A stretch of 64,000 nt of DNA, from positions 806,001-870,000 of the forward strand of contig NW_027590143.1 in the NCBI RefSeq assembly GCF_964213995.1, given 5' to 3'. Below are positions 62,790-64,000 of the stretch, piece after piece. Every line of letters starts with the position of its first letter. Position 1 is the stretch's first letter. The notes under the pieces were generated by a model that saw only the letters and a program-made list of their open reading frames with translations, did not search any database and had not been told where the DNA came from. The translations under genes and the position numbers were made by a program. The stretch is from Mustelus asterias. Lineage: Eukaryota.

Positions 62790-63253
62790 GGTTAATTTTT
62801 AACTGTTCTCTTCCTTTTATTCCTTTATTGTCTTTCTTATCCGCCTCCTACTCTTTCCCCTTTCCATTTCTTTTCTCCTCCTTTGCTTCGCTTTCCCCCC
62901 GTTTTCTCAATTTTACCTCTTTTCCATCCATCTCCCCCCTCCCTCCTTATCTTCATCTGTCACAGCTTACCCTCTGATTTCAGTTTCCCTGTCGTTTGGC
63001 CATTCACACCTACTAGTCTCTCTTTGGACTGCTAGCAGCGTTTCCCTTTGTTTTTGTGGCTATGACTCATATTTCATTCCTTTACCAAAAAGTATAAACA
63101 CCTCCCACTTCTCATGCCTTTTAGCTTTGACAGCGGGTCATCCGGACTCGAAACGTCAGCTCTTTTCTCTCCTTATAGGTGCTGCCAAAGCAGCAGAGAT
63201 ATTCCAGCATTTTTCTTTTGGTTTCAGATTCCAGCATCCTCAGTAATTTGCTT
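62790..63253 (+). mobile_element. Penelope-like pLTR (family B) with degenerate hammerhead motif
   Basis: Pyrimidine-rich tract, then gct-ttgacag-c-gggtc atccg gactc-gaaa-cg-tc-agc (63124-63160) and ttccagcattt..cagattccagcatc tail. Confidence 0.6.
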
Positions 63254-64000
63254 TAATTTGAAATTAGTTAATGTTGTTCCGGAATCATAGCCGGAGCCCA
63301 AATTAAAAGAGCTGATCTCTAACTGTGAAAACTCACCGTAGCTGATGCAAGAGGCCACTGAGTCCTGAGAGAATTGAATAGAACAATGTGGTAAATAGCC
63401 AAACACCATCTTTTAAATGGGACGAATGGAGGGCTAGAACTGGCTATTTAATAGATTTACGCAGAATGAGAGTGGATGGACATCGCATGTAGACCCTGAC
63501 CTTAGGATCTCGATCACTTGCAATATTCGCAGCATACTTATACAAAAAATCGTGTTTACGGTAAAGGGTTGGTTCGTCCAAACTATGTTTCTGCATTTGT
63601 TCCTTCAATCAAATGTTCTTCAATAAAGACACGCGCTCCGATAATGAACTTAATACAATGTCCTTCTGCCCTCTTCTGGTGGAAAAACAAAGCACTACAA
63701 TATACAACTTTAAAACAACCTGTTCCATTTCTGGAATCAAGATTGATTCCAACAACTGCTGATCATACATTCTCCTCAGTGTGAAGTATATTTTTAATTT
63801 CTCTTCTTTTTAATTGCGCCTGGTGGTATTCACATCTGAGAAAGTACCTGCACCGGTGTTCAACTGTTTTCGAACACTGAGATTTGGACGCAGGTCTAAA
63901 CGGCAGCTTTGCTTAGTTGCAGCCGAGAGTTGGTTAACATGATTTTTTTTGAAATGTCGGGTTGCGCAGAAATCGGTGTTGGCAAACTGCTTGATCATCA

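Overview
Repeat-rich vertebrate genomic DNA, almost certainly from a cartilaginous fish (shark), judging by HE1/V-SINEs, CR1, Rex1 and Penelope-like elements, and a shark-type GPR139-like gene. Positions ~2.0-14.0 kb and ~32.6-49.6 kb are the two arms of an old inverted segmental duplication (about 90% identical by eye) that carries a tRNA gene cluster with many decayed copies. Apparently intact tRNAs are Lys-CTT, Cys-GCA, Thr-TGT and two Pro-TGG genes. Both Pro-TGG genes have an 18-nt intron at the canonical 37/38 site, which is unusual for vertebrates. The spacer between the arms holds LINE debris, older tRNA-unit paralogs, a GPR139-like pseudogene and decayed Ig-like exons. The right end enters a T-cell receptor alpha/delta V region, with one V pseudogene (+) and one open V segment with a 23-RSS (-). 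Other highlights are a 463-bp structured module in a CR1 3' UTR bounded by 23-bp direct repeats, a probable decayed osteocrin-like gene, minimal hammerhead motifs in two Penelope families, and a multi-jump template-switch junction. All calls were made by eye without database searches, and repeat boundaries are approximate.
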